DNA from: Raillietiella orientalis
Taxonomy: Eukaryota
Length of the DNA stretch: 64,000 bases
Direction of reading: 5' to 3'
NCBI GenBank assembly: GCA_036172245.1
Contig: JAYWIR010000018.1
Location: 1,798,001 to 1,862,000, forward strand
Under the pieces are notes generated by a model. That model was not told where the DNA came from and made no database searches. It worked only from the letters and a program-made list of their open reading frames with translations. The first letter of the stretch is position 1, and each line of letters opens with the position of its first letter. The position numbers and the translations under genes are program-made. Shown here in pieces: positions 44,900-57,224 of the stretch.

Positions 44900-47800
44900 G
44901 ACCGAACCTGGTCATCGAAAGAAATGTAGGTCAGAATTATTGGGCCTATGCGCGTCTATAGACGACCCGGCAAACTCTGAAGTGAGGTCATTCTGTGTTC
45001 TTGAATCCCTAATCCTTTTATGCTATGCCTGCTGTTCCGATCTCCCTTGTGGTCAAATTCCTCTCTCCGAGTGCACCGGCGAGACATTACTGCATCCGGA
45101 ACACCACCGCATTCCTCTCTACTTTCCTCCGCATGTCAGGATCAGCAAGCTTTTGTCCATCATCTTCGACGGTCCGTTTCTGCCGCCGCATGCTCCCCAC
45201 CGTGTGAGACAGTTGCCACATGCCCCTTTTCGCGACGTGCGGAAGAGCACATTACCTTCAAATGAGATTTCAGCCTGAGTCGGTCTACCCAGCGTTTTCT
45301 GAGGGCTCTCCCCAGTGTTGTTTTCATCGATCCTCACCCCCCTTCCCTTATTCCTTGCCTAATTTCGCTTCCTCATTTTTAAATCACCGCCATAACTTCA
45401 CTTGACCTCCACCTACGCACTCTGCATGCGAATCTCGAAATTGCGTCTTCGGGACGAAGGAGGGAGCACTTTCCATGGCTTCTCTTGAGTAAGAGCGTGA
45501 GAAGTTCTCGTACGGCTCGAATCTCCGGTGGCGCTAGCACTGAGCTATCTCAACATCATCGCTTCGTAGGATCTGCGAGTGCAGCGACCCACTCCGACGA
45601 AAATTCGAGAACGCTCTTGTTGGGACTCCCCGGTTCTGACGATGCTCTTGCCGTTTCTCACTGAAGAATCGTCTCCTTTCGTGTGCACCTTGGCTTTCTG
45701 CAGACATCATAAGGTGTGCCCCATGATGTCTACGGCAGGTTGCTCACGCGGACGAGACCAGCGTGCGTCGTCGTCATGGGTTCCCTCCCTCCTCCACCAC
45801 CACCACCCGCCCCTGTCTTCCTGCAGAGCGCGCCGGCGCGTACCCCTATGCTAGTGGGTCTTAAGTCATTCAGCACGTCTCGTCGGGCGTAGCGTAGAGA
45901 GTGCTTCGAAGCAGGTGGTGGACGGCATCCCTGTCGAGAGAGCTATCTTTCCTATTCCTTCCTCACCCGCTCCACTCGGCTGCAGACCATCAGCGGCATT
46001 CGGACTTTTCCGACGTTCGTCCGGAATCCAAGGTTCCACATCTGCGTGGAAGAGGCAGACGCAGCGGAGTTCTTCCAAGCTCTTCCGATCTTTAGGCGGC
46101 AGTCTCCTTCTTTCCCTTCAGCTTCCCCTTCTTTCTTCCGGAGGAGAGATTCCTGAGATGTTGGGACCCCAGAACACTAAGGTGAAATAGGGACTGATGT
46201 GTTGATAGCGGTGGCTCAGTTGCCTCGGGGGAGCAGGGCTTGGATCTCTCTAGGGAGGGACTGTGGATCCTCTCGTTTTGCAGCGGGTTCAGCGCTCCCT
46301 GCTGTCCAGACAGGTAGGTAGGACCGTGTCCGCCACGCGCCTTCTGGACGTGTGCTGAGGACCGCGTTGCGGGAGCTGCGGGGTTGCCGGTGTTTCATGG
46401 GAACCCCAGATCGCTCTCACGGCCCCCGAAAGCCTCCGGTCGCAAAAGCTGCTTAAACCTTGGACCGGGAGGCTCTCGGGAACAGGAAATAGATCGCACC
46501 AGGTGGCAAAGACTGCGAACTGATGCGCTGGAGTCCCGCAACCACTCGTCCACCCTTCTCCACAGTTCCGTTCCACCATGTTCCATGGAATCTTACGCGG
46601 CAAGCACCGGACGGATGTCTTCGAGCGAGACGACCCCGTCTGCAGCTGTTGAGCGGGACAGGGCAGAGAGAGGGAAGGCCATTCCTCTTCTCTATCCAAC
46701 AGGAGTCCTCGCCTCTCCTGGGTCGACCTTTTTCCCTACTGAAAGACTCTTCCTCTTGCTCTGTGGGCGCTCTGAAGCTCTGAACCTTGTGAACCGCACT
46801 ATTGAAGGAGCGGAGAGGATGGAATTCCTCCTCCGCCTTCTGCAGGTTTGCGGGCAAACCGCGGGTGCACGCAGAGTTGGCACAAGTGATTTCGCGCTTT
46901 TCCTCATTCGTCCTAGAAACGGCATTGGCGTCAGTCTGCATCCAGGAAGGAAACCTCCAGAGCCTCCCACAGACTTAACGCTTCCCTCGCCGTACTCTTG
47001 ATAGACGATCGGAGCTTTTTCGAAGGAAAAGGACTCATCTTGGTACTCCGTCCTCTTGAGGAAGGGAGCTGCCATCGTTTCCTCCTACACCACCACCACT
47101 GCCAGCGCTTCCGCATGAGCTGTGTGGCTCTGCACCGTTGCAACTTTGGTTTAGGGGCTCCTGGAAAGCCTGCCTCTCTGTGGGGCGTTTTCACGTTTGG
47201 GCAGGCCAACCAGTTCGTCGGAAGCCTCCGGCCGCAGTGGCGCTGCTTGAATGGTCGGTCGCGCTTGCCCTCCGCACCCTCTCGCTATTCAAGGGCGCTT
47301 GGACCCTCGCCCACCGCAGGTTGGCCTTCCTCGTCGCTCGCCTCTTGTCTCGAGATCTCTTGCCGATGCTTGGCCTTCCGCTCTTGATGCAAGAATGCGT
47401 AGCTTTGGCAGCCCGGAGGGATCCTGCGTTCTGGAAACCTTTCCCGGGTCGAACGCTTCCTTCTTTCGGACCACTCGCATTCACGGAGGCTCGTAGCAAT
47501 CGTTCCGGACTGCGGGCGGTAATGGGGTCTCTGACAGCTCTCAGGGGAAGAGAGTTCGCATGGCTTCTTCCAGGTCCGAGACGAGCAGCTCCGGCAGCGA
47601 GTATCGAGACGATAGGGAATGGGCACAATGGCACATGGTGCCGACGCGCTTCGGAGCCTTCCCGCTCTGAGCGGCTAGACTGAGGCGATCTGGGAAAAGA
47701 GCACTTACATCTTGAGAAAGGAAAGTGGTTCCCTCTGGAAGCCAAAATACCTGATTTTAGTCCCCTCCCCCCCCCCTTCCTCCTCCCTCTTCACTTTTTC

Positions 47801-48050
47801 TTTTTTTTTTTTGATTTGGTAGCAAGAGGAATACAGAGTTCCAAAGCCTCGTCAGACCGGAATTTCTTCCATTACAATCGAGATAAATTCTCCGTCTAAA
47901 AGTTGCAACATCTGGAGGGAATGCAAAGAACCATCCAAAGAACGGCTCCATCCGCTCGATAAACTTGGAAAATGGAGTGCAGCCCGGGATAGAAATCGTG
48001 TCCTGAAAATGTATTCTGGCGGATGGATCCCCTTTCCTCTCCTCGTGCCC
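44900..48050 (+). mobile_element. Degenerate DIRS-like retrotransposon relic H
   Basis: RT N-terminus (HRIPLYFPP, ~45100), RNase H-like (LRELRG, ~46370) and YR (PPAAVALLEWSVALALRTL...LAHRRLAFLVA, 47138-47683; GSIRSINLENGV, ~47945). Confidence 0.5.
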
Positions 48051-49837
48051 TTCCGAGCGGTCTCCTCCCTCTTCGTTTTTTTTGAGGGTCGCTAAGTACC
48101 CCAAGAGCCGTCGCGCGCCTGGCAGCTCATGCAGCTCTTTGACGCTGCTCCACGCCACCCGAGGGTGAGTGTAATTCTTCAAGATAGAAGGTACTCCTGG
48201 AGGGGGCCATCCTATGAATCCAGCAAGGCCTCCGGAGAAAAGAGTCCGTTTCTCTCACGCCTGGGGGAGAAATCCAGAAGGGAATCTCCTTCCTTATTCT
48301 CTCTGAAGGGACCCCGAAGGAATGCGCTTCATTTTTTCTTCTCCGAAAGGAAGCCGCCAGAGAACCGCTCCTGTTTGCTCCTCTAAAGAGAACTCCGAAA
48401 GGACGCTTCTGAATTTTCTTTGAAGAGCGCTCCCCGAAGGAAGCAGCAAGCTCCTTTGCACTCTGGAGAACCATCATCAATCCACCACCTCTATGGTGCG
48501 GTACTCCTTTGCACAACCGGAGTGGAACTCCCATTCCTTGATTCTGTTCCCTGGAAGGACCCCGGAGGGTCGACTACCATTGTCCCGGTCACTCATCGGG
48601 GACATCCGGTTTCAACCGCCACCAGTGCCTCACCCAGATGAATATAGGCCAACCAGCGTCATCTTGCAGGAGAAACTCGAACCCACGACGCACCCCATTT
48701 CTCGATGTCGATTCATGCCGAGTATTCGAACCCGCGACGCCTGGTGCTACGCGCCGATACTGCATCCACGTGGCCTCCCTTCTTACGGCGTTCAGCCAGC
48801 ATCTTAAGAACAGCATCTTTTTTTAATATCCCTAACGTGCATATTAACTAAAACTTTGCACAGAGATTTGCCAGTTATCTGCATTGTAACTCTACTATTC
48901 ATTCCAAGGAAGTAAAATTTTTCCATGAATAAATATAGTTAAGAATAAGAAGAAAGGTTGGTCGAGAAAGGGGGGTGTCCTCGCCGAGGGGCTGCGGCGC
49001 TTCCGGTGGTCAGCGAGTGTCGGGCACGGGCTGTCTCACGGACCCGACCTCAACGCACCGACGCCTACCCGGAGCTTCGCCGGTGAACCCACGGAGGGAG
49101 GGTCTTCCGTGAAGGTCGATCGTGTTCGCATTCGACCCGTTCGCTGAAACTCCTTCCAAAGAACACCCGTGTGGCTGTTCAGCAGAATCCGTCGACCCCT
49201 TTCGGATGGTGTTAGTGCGTGGTCTTTTTTCTTTTATCGTTTCTGCTTTTATGCTGAGGTTGCAAAGTGAGAGAGTTGTTGCGACCACGTCATTCCTCGA
49301 AGTGCTGGATGTTCCACTGCAAAGGCGATCACAGCTCCCTTAGCAAAAGTCCTTCCGATTCCAAGCTGACCATTGGCGTCTGCATTTTTATCTGCTTCCT
49401 GAAAAAACTCACCAGTTCTGCGTCTCACAAGTTTCTCGAGGTGACCTCATGCGTCGCGTGCCCCGTCGCTTTTTGCTCATCAGGTTCCTTCAGAGGTTCG
49501 GTGCGATTGCTCTCAAGTAGGAGTGAACGAAGTAGGCAAAGGTTTCAGGGAGAAGCCCTAAGACAGAATCGACTAACACAACGGCACTTTGCCTTTGTCG
49601 AAATTTTGATGTTTGTTTCCAAAAGAATCACAAGCATTTCTCACTCTGGATGGACCATCGAAAGGCCACCATCTCTGTAACATTCCATTCTCGTGCTTTA
49701 CCTGTTACGATCGAAATGTCTTCTCAGATCTTCGGAGCTCCTAGTGAATTCCGCGGAAGAACATCTTCATATCAGTTTTCACATCGAGGGGTATAATGAA
49801 GTGATTCCCTTGATCAGATATTTGATTAGATGGTAAT

Positions 49838-50052
49838 GCGGAAAACTTGAAAGGTAATAATAATTAGTTATGCAACCGTTCGATGTGATTCATATTAGGT
49901 CTGCAATTGACTACCAAGAACTGGATTACGCTTATTAACGCGTCGCTTATCTCCATTCCATAGTTTCAGTATTGCTGATGCAAAATTAAAGAAATGTGCT
50001 GTTCAAGTGGCTGAACAAACACGGTCTCTGCAGTTTCCTCCTTTGTTCATGC
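49838..50052 (+). pseudogene. Decayed partial duplicate of the CENP-L gene (end of exon 2, intron 2, start of exon 3)
   Basis: Aligns by eye to about 52533-52738 (aaaacttgaaag|gtaa...ttag|gtctgcaattgactaccaagaactgg...acacggtctctgcagtttcctcctttgt). It retains the intron and carries a frameshifting insertion of about 10 nt. Confidence 0.88.
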
Positions 50053-52320
50053 TCTCAATCGCTCCCCATGATTACATCAATTTTTAATGAGAACCACTTC
50101 TTTCACTTTACTGAAAACATGTTCATTTATTTTGGAGCTTTTTTTAGTCCATAGAAGACCATGATTTTCCGAATACATCTTAATAATCCGGCAGACCTCT
50201 CAGAAACTCTACAAAGACCACTGATTTTCCCAAAGTTCAGTAATTTTGGGCTTTATATCTTTGATGAAACATTAGGCTACCCGGAAGTTTTCTGTTACTT
50301 TTAACTGTCGATGCATTACATAAGAAAAACGGGATGTTTAGGGCTCATAATCCATTCCATAATAATTTTTTTACTCCCGTGAATTTCGAAGAGTTCTGCT
50401 CTGTTCTTCATAATGGTTGTTTAACGAGAAGCCGTCAAGAAAATCTTCACTTTTAGTTTAGCACCACTGACACCTTAAACGTAGTCCATATTTAAACAGT
50501 TATCATGATGATTCTCATTACAAAAGAAGTCTACCTAATTTGATGATTTTCATTTTCGCATATTCATCAGTATAGTTTTCCATTAAAAAATAAATGCTAA
50601 TAATAAGTGATTTCTGGCTGCAGCTCCAAATACTTTGTATGTTTCTCATCAGCATGGATTCTGATTGCTTTTCAACTATCATACTTGACTAGAATACAAA
50701 ATCAAATTTGGCAATGGCTTGCTGGAATCCAGCTTCCGTATTCTTTTCAAGTTGCCTCTTGCAAAATGGATTTCTTCTTTTTTTTTCTCTTCTTGCTTTT
50801 CTTTGCCTAGTTCATCCTAGATGTTCGTCACTTTTCAGTTTAATCAGGGATAATAAGAAATTCCAAATTTAATGAAGTAACGGATAAAAGAATGTTGTTC
50901 CTTGACTTGGAGCATAAAATTCATCTTCTGAATTCTCAAATATTACGAAAAGCAGGTATATTGAATTGAAAATCTGTAAATAGAATGTTTTGGTTTTCAT
51001 TCATTATGATAACTTCCTCCGGAACACTTCACTGTACTTCTGTACTTTTCCCAGTCTTGTACTGATACTAAAACATTTACGGTGATACGAGCGACTCCAT
51101 AAATTTTGCGTGTCTTGGGGAGGGGGGAGGGGACAGATTAATAGTTTCTAAAGGGGAGACTTCGGCTAAACATTTGATGTAGAATTTCTCATGAAAACCT
51201 AAAGATTTCTAGTCAAACGCGGGTGATTAATGCCAACTTTTAAAAGAGCAATGAAATCTCGAGATTTTGATTTAGCTGCTGTAGGTAGATTATCTTGGTG
51301 GTCGGTGATGAGGGTAAGGTTGCTCCAATCTTGAATCGGAAGCGTCAAAATTGGAAACTTTCACCACCTAACGAATGTTTTTCTGACGAATGAATGTCAA
51401 TTTGATTATCAATCAGGACAAATATGCATATAGTTGGTCTCGTGTGTGGTACGAAATGGCACATGTAAAAATAAAAGTATAATTAGCTCAATGGCTTGAA
51501 AATCATTCAAGTAGCAAGTACAGTGGTAGGAGAAGCAGTGATCCATCCTGACGAAACGCCTATTTGAGACTACTGAGGGGTGTCAGAAGACGAATGAAGT
51601 GTTAGAGTTACTTTTGGAGTGATCACTAAAATTTAGTACAGCAATAAACAATTGATTACAGTTCGCTCTGCACAGATAATTTAACGAGTTGACTCTGCTC
51701 CATGAATGAACTGCAACTTTACACCCCCATATACGAGCGAGTTACAATAGAAAATTCTTGGTATGAACATGCACACATTTTCAATTCAGGTTTCTTTATA
51801 CACACACATACATATATAATAACTAATTTCTAATTTTATGTATGCATATACATATGTACGCGCGTGCATACACAGATATATGAAAATTCATACTAGGGCG
51901 AGGAAAAACCGAATCGCTCTGATCTGACAATTCTGCAGCAGCCGTTGGAATCTGGGTATGGATACTGGAGGATGCTTGAAACCATTGGCTAATTGGTTTC
52001 AAGCACGGCATTCAAATCTTTCAGGTTTCATCCAATAATCCCATCTTCCCTTGTTGGCCCATCAAGCAGTCCTTCATGGAGATTCCTTGTTAAAACTGAT
52101 ATCTCGATTTAATCAAAGCTGACGGTTTTATGAATAATTCGCCATTTCATCACTCTCCTCGTCTGCATCAGATGCGAGTGCACTTTTCGATGCACTTTTG
52201 AGCATGTACGTACCGAGTACAAGTGGAAGAGTTTCTTATAAGAAAAATAACAGGATTCTCGCAAAGTAAAGAATGGTACTTCAGCATTGCAATGTTTGTA
52301 TTTTTACTCATGCGTAAAAC

Positions 52321-53481
52321 ATGGCAAACGAAAAATTACGCTTACATCGAGAAACAAGCAATGCAATGACTGACGCTGAGGAAAGCTATGTAAGTTATTC
52401 CTAGTTAAAAGTAGAACAGAAAATTGCATGTCGATTTACGAAGCTAAATGAGAATTAAAATTTCATGTTTCAGCTATCAGTTCCTACTGCCGACTGCCAA
52501 AAGCCCTACACTTTTCACAAGAGAAAAGTTAACGCGAAAAACTTGAAAGGTAAAAACAATTGGTTATACGGCCTTAAGACGTGATTCAAATTAGGTCTGC
52601 AATTGACTACCAAGAACTGGGTTACGTATCGCCTATCTCCATTCTATAATTTCAGTATTGCTGATGCAGAACTAAAAAAGTATGCTCTTCAGTTGACTGA
52701 GCAAACACGGTCTCTGCAGTTTCCTCCTTTGTACATGCGAATCAAAGCTATTTCAGTAACAGAAAAACCTAATCGCGGGCCAATTTTGAATTTGTGTGTA
52801 TATGATGGAAACAAAAGCACGCTTCTATACTCTGTTATCTTGCTGCCAGCATCCCAAATGTGGCAGCACATCCAGGGAATCTGGTTTCCTGCCATGCTCT
52901 GTTCTGGTACAGGACCTATCCATCAGCTAACTTTGTCGTTTTTTATGGAAAAATTTTCTTGTTGCATTGCACCACATTTTTTTGAACCAGAGGATATTTT
53001 CATGCTAGCAATTTGGCATTCATTAAAAGGAAGTGAAGAACCAAGTACAATAACCTTACACTTTGAATACCAACTGGGAGAGAAGAGCATGCTGTTAAAC
53101 CTGGAGCTTGAAGAAGAAGAAATTCAGCAACTGTATATCAAGTAAGAAATGGGAAAGCTATACATGCCTGAATGAAATAGCAGGGAACAAGCACCTACAA
53201 GAACACATGGAAGCAAAGATTTTCTAAAAAATAGTTTGTCAGTCTTGAAACTACTTGAAAATCATATAGAAAAAGTATTGGGTCTACAACAACAGATTTT
53301 TATTTTGAATGCAGTCCACATGTCTCAGATGTATATGGAACATTCTGGAAAGGTAAATATGTGCTTCATATGGTTAACTATATGCCACTTTTAGATACAT
53401 GTTTTTAATGACGATGCAGCTACTCTGGAGTTGATAATAGATTCATGTGAGATGCAATCCAATTTGCTGCCTTCACTTTAA
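52321..53481 (+). CDS. CENPL: Centromere protein L (CENP-L) homologue; exons 52321-52389, 52474-52549, 52595-53141, 53181-53352, 53395-53481 (316 aa)
   Basis: KNWVTYRLSPFYNF resembles the CENP-L N-terminal W-x-x-Y-x-L-S/T-P-x-Y-x-F motif. The C-terminal LENHIEKVLGL...SGK-IHVF resembles the CENP-L tail. All introns are GT-AG and phases are consistent (951 nt). The first two exons rest on splice logic only. Confidence 0.72.
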
Positions 53482-53517
53482 GTCATCTAATACCTGTTTT
53501 AAAATGCTACAATAGTG

Positions 53518-53523
53518 TTTATT
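53518..53523 (-). terminator. Probable polyadenylation signal (AATAAA) of the ZNRF gene
   Basis: tttatt on the + strand lies about 30 nt downstream of the ZNRF stop codon. Confidence 0.5.
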
Positions 53524-53553
53524 GAGGGGTATCAGTGCAGCATATCACAGCAA

Positions 53554-54281
53554 TCACTTATCAGGATGCTCAGGACAGGTCCGGCTCACATCAAACCATC
53601 TGTCAAGGCAACTGGCAAACAACAATTGTCAAAAATTGAGTATCTGAATTACCTTTTGTGATAAATGCAGAAGCAGGGAAGCCGTGCAATGACATTCCCA
53701 GGAAGCATGTCTTCCAAGCAAATGGAACACTCACCTCTTTCCTCAGTCAACACATCATCTGCAGACCTTTTTACCTCAGTTTTCTTTCCCTACTTACCAT
53801 TGTATGCTAGTTGTGGCTTTGTCAGACACATGAGCAGATGTACTTCCATGTCATCCGGTGAGACGACCTTGGTGCACACAGGACAGTGGAAACCTGGACA
53901 TAAGTCACGCAATCTTGCTCTCCCAAAACACTTACCTTGTAAGGGCCACATGTGATTGGGTAAAGAATGGGCACTGTACATCTGATTTGTGCATCCAGGA
54001 ATATCCAATGGTACATTCTCCCTAGAGCTCACTGATTGGGATCTGGATGAAGTTATAACACACTGATCACTTCTAGCTATGCTGTCTTCATATTCTCGTC
54101 TTTGAGGAGACACATAACTCAATGAACGGGTTTCATATGCTGAGTGTAAATGTGAAGGAAGCTGTCTTAGCAATCCTAAACATTGGGGAATTCTTGGCTG
54201 AAGTGTTCCTTCAGTTGAATCTGTAGTACCACTTGCTAAGTTACTGTCCGAATTTTCTTCACTACTTATTTTGGATCCCAT
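53554..54281 (-). CDS. ZNRF2: ZNRF1/ZNRF2-type E3 ubiquitin ligase (UBZ-like zinc finger + RING-H2); exons 54281-53798, 53758-53653, 53611-53554 (215 aa)
   Basis: N-terminal MGSKIS myristoylation-type motif. GFHCPVCTKVVSPDDMEVHLLMCLTKPQLAYNDDVLTEERGECSICLEDMLPGNVIARLPCFCIYHKSCLDRWFDVSRTCPEHPDK matches the ZNRF C-terminus. GT-AG introns of 39 and 41 bp. Confidence 0.93.
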
Positions 54282-54899
54282 TTGGAGGGTAGTTTTAGAA
54301 ATTAACTAAGTTCAATACAGCATTGCTGTACAATTTTAACTGAATTAGGTATCCGTAGATTCTATTTTATCTGATACGTACTGCTTGCAGTACTTTTACA
54401 GCATTTACAATACTGCGAATACAACAGAAAGCTGCTAATTTACTTTACCAATCATTATTATAATTTATGATACTTGATAGCTATATGCTTTCATCTTGAA
54501 ATTTCAGACCATTACCATCAGCATTCCCCACAATTTATAGGAAATACAAAAATAAAAATTACTTATTGTAATGTGATATCTAAAAATCGCTACTGATCTA
54601 AACATTTCAATACGTTCTAACAGCCGAGAAAGCAAAGCATTTTCTTAAATCTGCGTTACTCACGATTAATTCACATCTCTCAATTTTATCGAAACTCATT
54701 CACGAACAGTGTACAGAAGCAGCATCGAGACGATTAATGCAACCTAAACATACTCATTTCAGGCAACACAATTGCAAATACGCAACCAAGAAATGCTCAA
54801 GATATGCTTTCCAACGAATGCATCATTTTATCAGCCGATGCTACGACACTTCAGTAGTAAAAGTGATTTACAAAAGCGATTAAGCACGCTCACAGAATT

Positions 54900-56750
54900 A
54901 TCCTAACCCTGAGAGCAGATTTCCATTGCACGGGGAAGCAATTGCACTTATAGAATCGTCCTGCATCCCATTAAATTGGACTTGTAATGATGAATAACGA
55001 ATGAATCTCAAATGACAGGAACATTCAAAAAAGTACACAAACAAGTTATCAACCCTTAATGTCTCCCCCTCTTCCCAACACCTTGGACAAGTTCTCACGT
55101 CATTTCATTTATTCCATTCGGTAAATTCTTCCTATTCGGTGTAACCTCAAATGCCAGAAAATGAAGAACGAAACGAAACTGCAGGTGTGATTTTCATGAA
55201 TATAAATTTCTTAATCTTTTTTAAGGGCACTTCCAGTAGAAGAAAAAAAAAGAGAGAGAGAGAGGGAGGGGAAAGAATGTACTTTTACAACTTTAACTTC
55301 CTTCGAACATTTTCAAGACCTTCTATGTCTCCCAGTTGTTTCTTGAATGTGAATTACAAAGGCATCATTAATTATAATAGTTGCACGCTTTTGAAAATTG
55401 GAAAAATAATAATGGTAAATTCTGAGTTCTCCACGACGAGTGTGTTCGCCATTTCCTCGTTTATAGTTTTAACTTGTCACGAAGTTTCAGATAAAACGAA
55501 ATCTTATCATCTTAAAAATTCATCACACTAACTTTAAAAATGATCTCAGAGAAATTTCAGGAAAGCCATTTGAAGCATTCAGCTGCATAATAATGGAATG
55601 CTTCGGATGACTTTCTCTGAAATGTCTGTTCTGATGCACTTTACAGATAACATTCCATGTCAACACTCATATTACACGATTTCTTTCTTACAGATTTCGA
55701 TGACTCTACTTTGCAGCTGTTGTTTGTTTACAAACCGGAGAAGTTTTATCATCTAATTATTGATTTCTCGGAATGAATTTGATGACTTTACGTACTCATG
55801 AAGCTCACTGGTTAAAACCCTAATTCTAGGTGTGTGGACGTGAGCCCAATACTTGCACTTCATCTATACGACTTGTGTCAGTTACTCTTGAGCACCATTT
55901 ATCATTTTTGAATTGCTAGAGTAAGCCAGTTGTTGTTGATGGTGTTTTCATTACAAATTATAGTTTCATTGGCAAAGGATCAAAACCGAATCATTGACAG
56001 TGTTACAGAATTCATTGCCAATTAAATGAAAGAGAAAGCATATACGTTCACACATCGGGAGATGATTTCCATTTAGAAGCATCAGAGTCAGAAAACTCAA
56101 TTTGGAGAATTTGGATACACCTTCATTATTTTTTGTGATGGGCAATATGTACCTTCTCTCCAGTCACACTGAATACGTGATGAGCAATAGTCATAAGTGG
56201 AAATATGGAAGCAACATTTATACAAAGTCATGATTATTATCATGATCTGGGTTCTCTAGAGACATTCATTCATAGACTTTTTTTATTCTATATAAAAGAA
56301 TTTATAATCCAATTAACGTTTTTCCTATTTAGATTTCTTTTTTTCTCGATCTCTCTAAGGCCTCTCAAAACTTCGCAATTGCTAAATATCGATGGAAAGG
56401 AATATGGAAAACATGTTCTGGAAAGTACTCCCAGTATTTTGGAAGCCTATATCTGTTTTTTCAAAGAATGTCCTCCAGCCAAAACGTGGTATCTCTTCAA
56501 AATTTCTAATTAGAATAATGATCTATGTTTGCATTATAATTATTTGTGAATATCCCATTGCATTCCGGGATCTCGTATCTGCAACATAAATACATAATTT
56601 TCCTAATTCCTAATCTTCCATTTCGTTTCCGGAAACACGGCATTTTCCACACTGTTGGATAGTCACACAAAATAAATATTATTAGACAAGTATTAGACAA
56701 GCAGTAATTACATTTTGAATACTTTGATGAAATAGAATGCAAGTAATCGG
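54900..56750 (-). mobile_element. Possible highly decayed AT-rich RT/RNase H relic (DIRS-like)
   Basis: FRKRNGRLGI (~56620), LEILKRYHV...CFPYSFP (~56400-56510) and IRTDISE (~55620) are faint matches in the right order. Confidence 0.3.
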
Positions 56751-57173
56751 CATAAATTTGTTAGAGGAAGAGAGCTTTATATCTTCATTCCGTTTTTGCA
56801 TGATCGTTATTATTCGGCACCAGTTAAATATACGAATCATTAAATGGGACAAGTTTCGGAGCTAATTGATGTTGCATTCTCCTTCATTAAGAGAAGATTA
56901 TTTCCCAAATGTTATATCCTTTGTTGACGAATACGAATTTTCAATTACACCATTCATATGTTCGAGGATTTCGTCTTCCTATCTACTGCTTTATTGTACT
57001 TTCTATTGGTTCTGTAGTTGCATTTAATTATTACTAACATAGTCCATAAGTATGCACGTGTGATATTATATCAAAATATGAGTGATCAAAGTCAGTTTTG
57101 TACTTTCATTTTTTTTTAGATCCTATCTGGCAAAGAAAACAACTCGTATCTAAACTTGCAATACTGCTTTACT

Positions 57174-57224
57174 ATTTTTAAACAGTTAGTAATATTGCTT
57201 TACTATTACTAACTGTTTAAAAAT
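57174..57224. repeat. Perfect 21-bp inverted repeat, 9-nt spacer
   Basis: atttttaaacagttagtaata-ttgctttac-tattactaactgtttaaaaat. Confidence 0.95.

Noticed and set aside
48690..48810. tRNA/SINE-like B box (GGTTCGAATAC) on the minus strand
   Set aside because: No convincing A box or cloverleaf, and no second copy seen.
1321..49680. Hundreds of long overlapping ORFs (up to 424 aa) in the six-frame track
   Set aside because: R/P/G/S-rich, present in all frames, many with non-ATG starts. Explained by stop-codon depletion in GC-rich DNA and decayed TE sequence, not genes.
50200..50520. Possible further RT relic (LHKKNGMFRAHN...) on the + strand
   Set aside because: A single short motif with no clear downstream domains.
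51820..52210. Coding-looking minus-strand stretch divergent from CENP-L
   Set aside because: Interrupted by stops, no recognisable family, and no consistent splice model.
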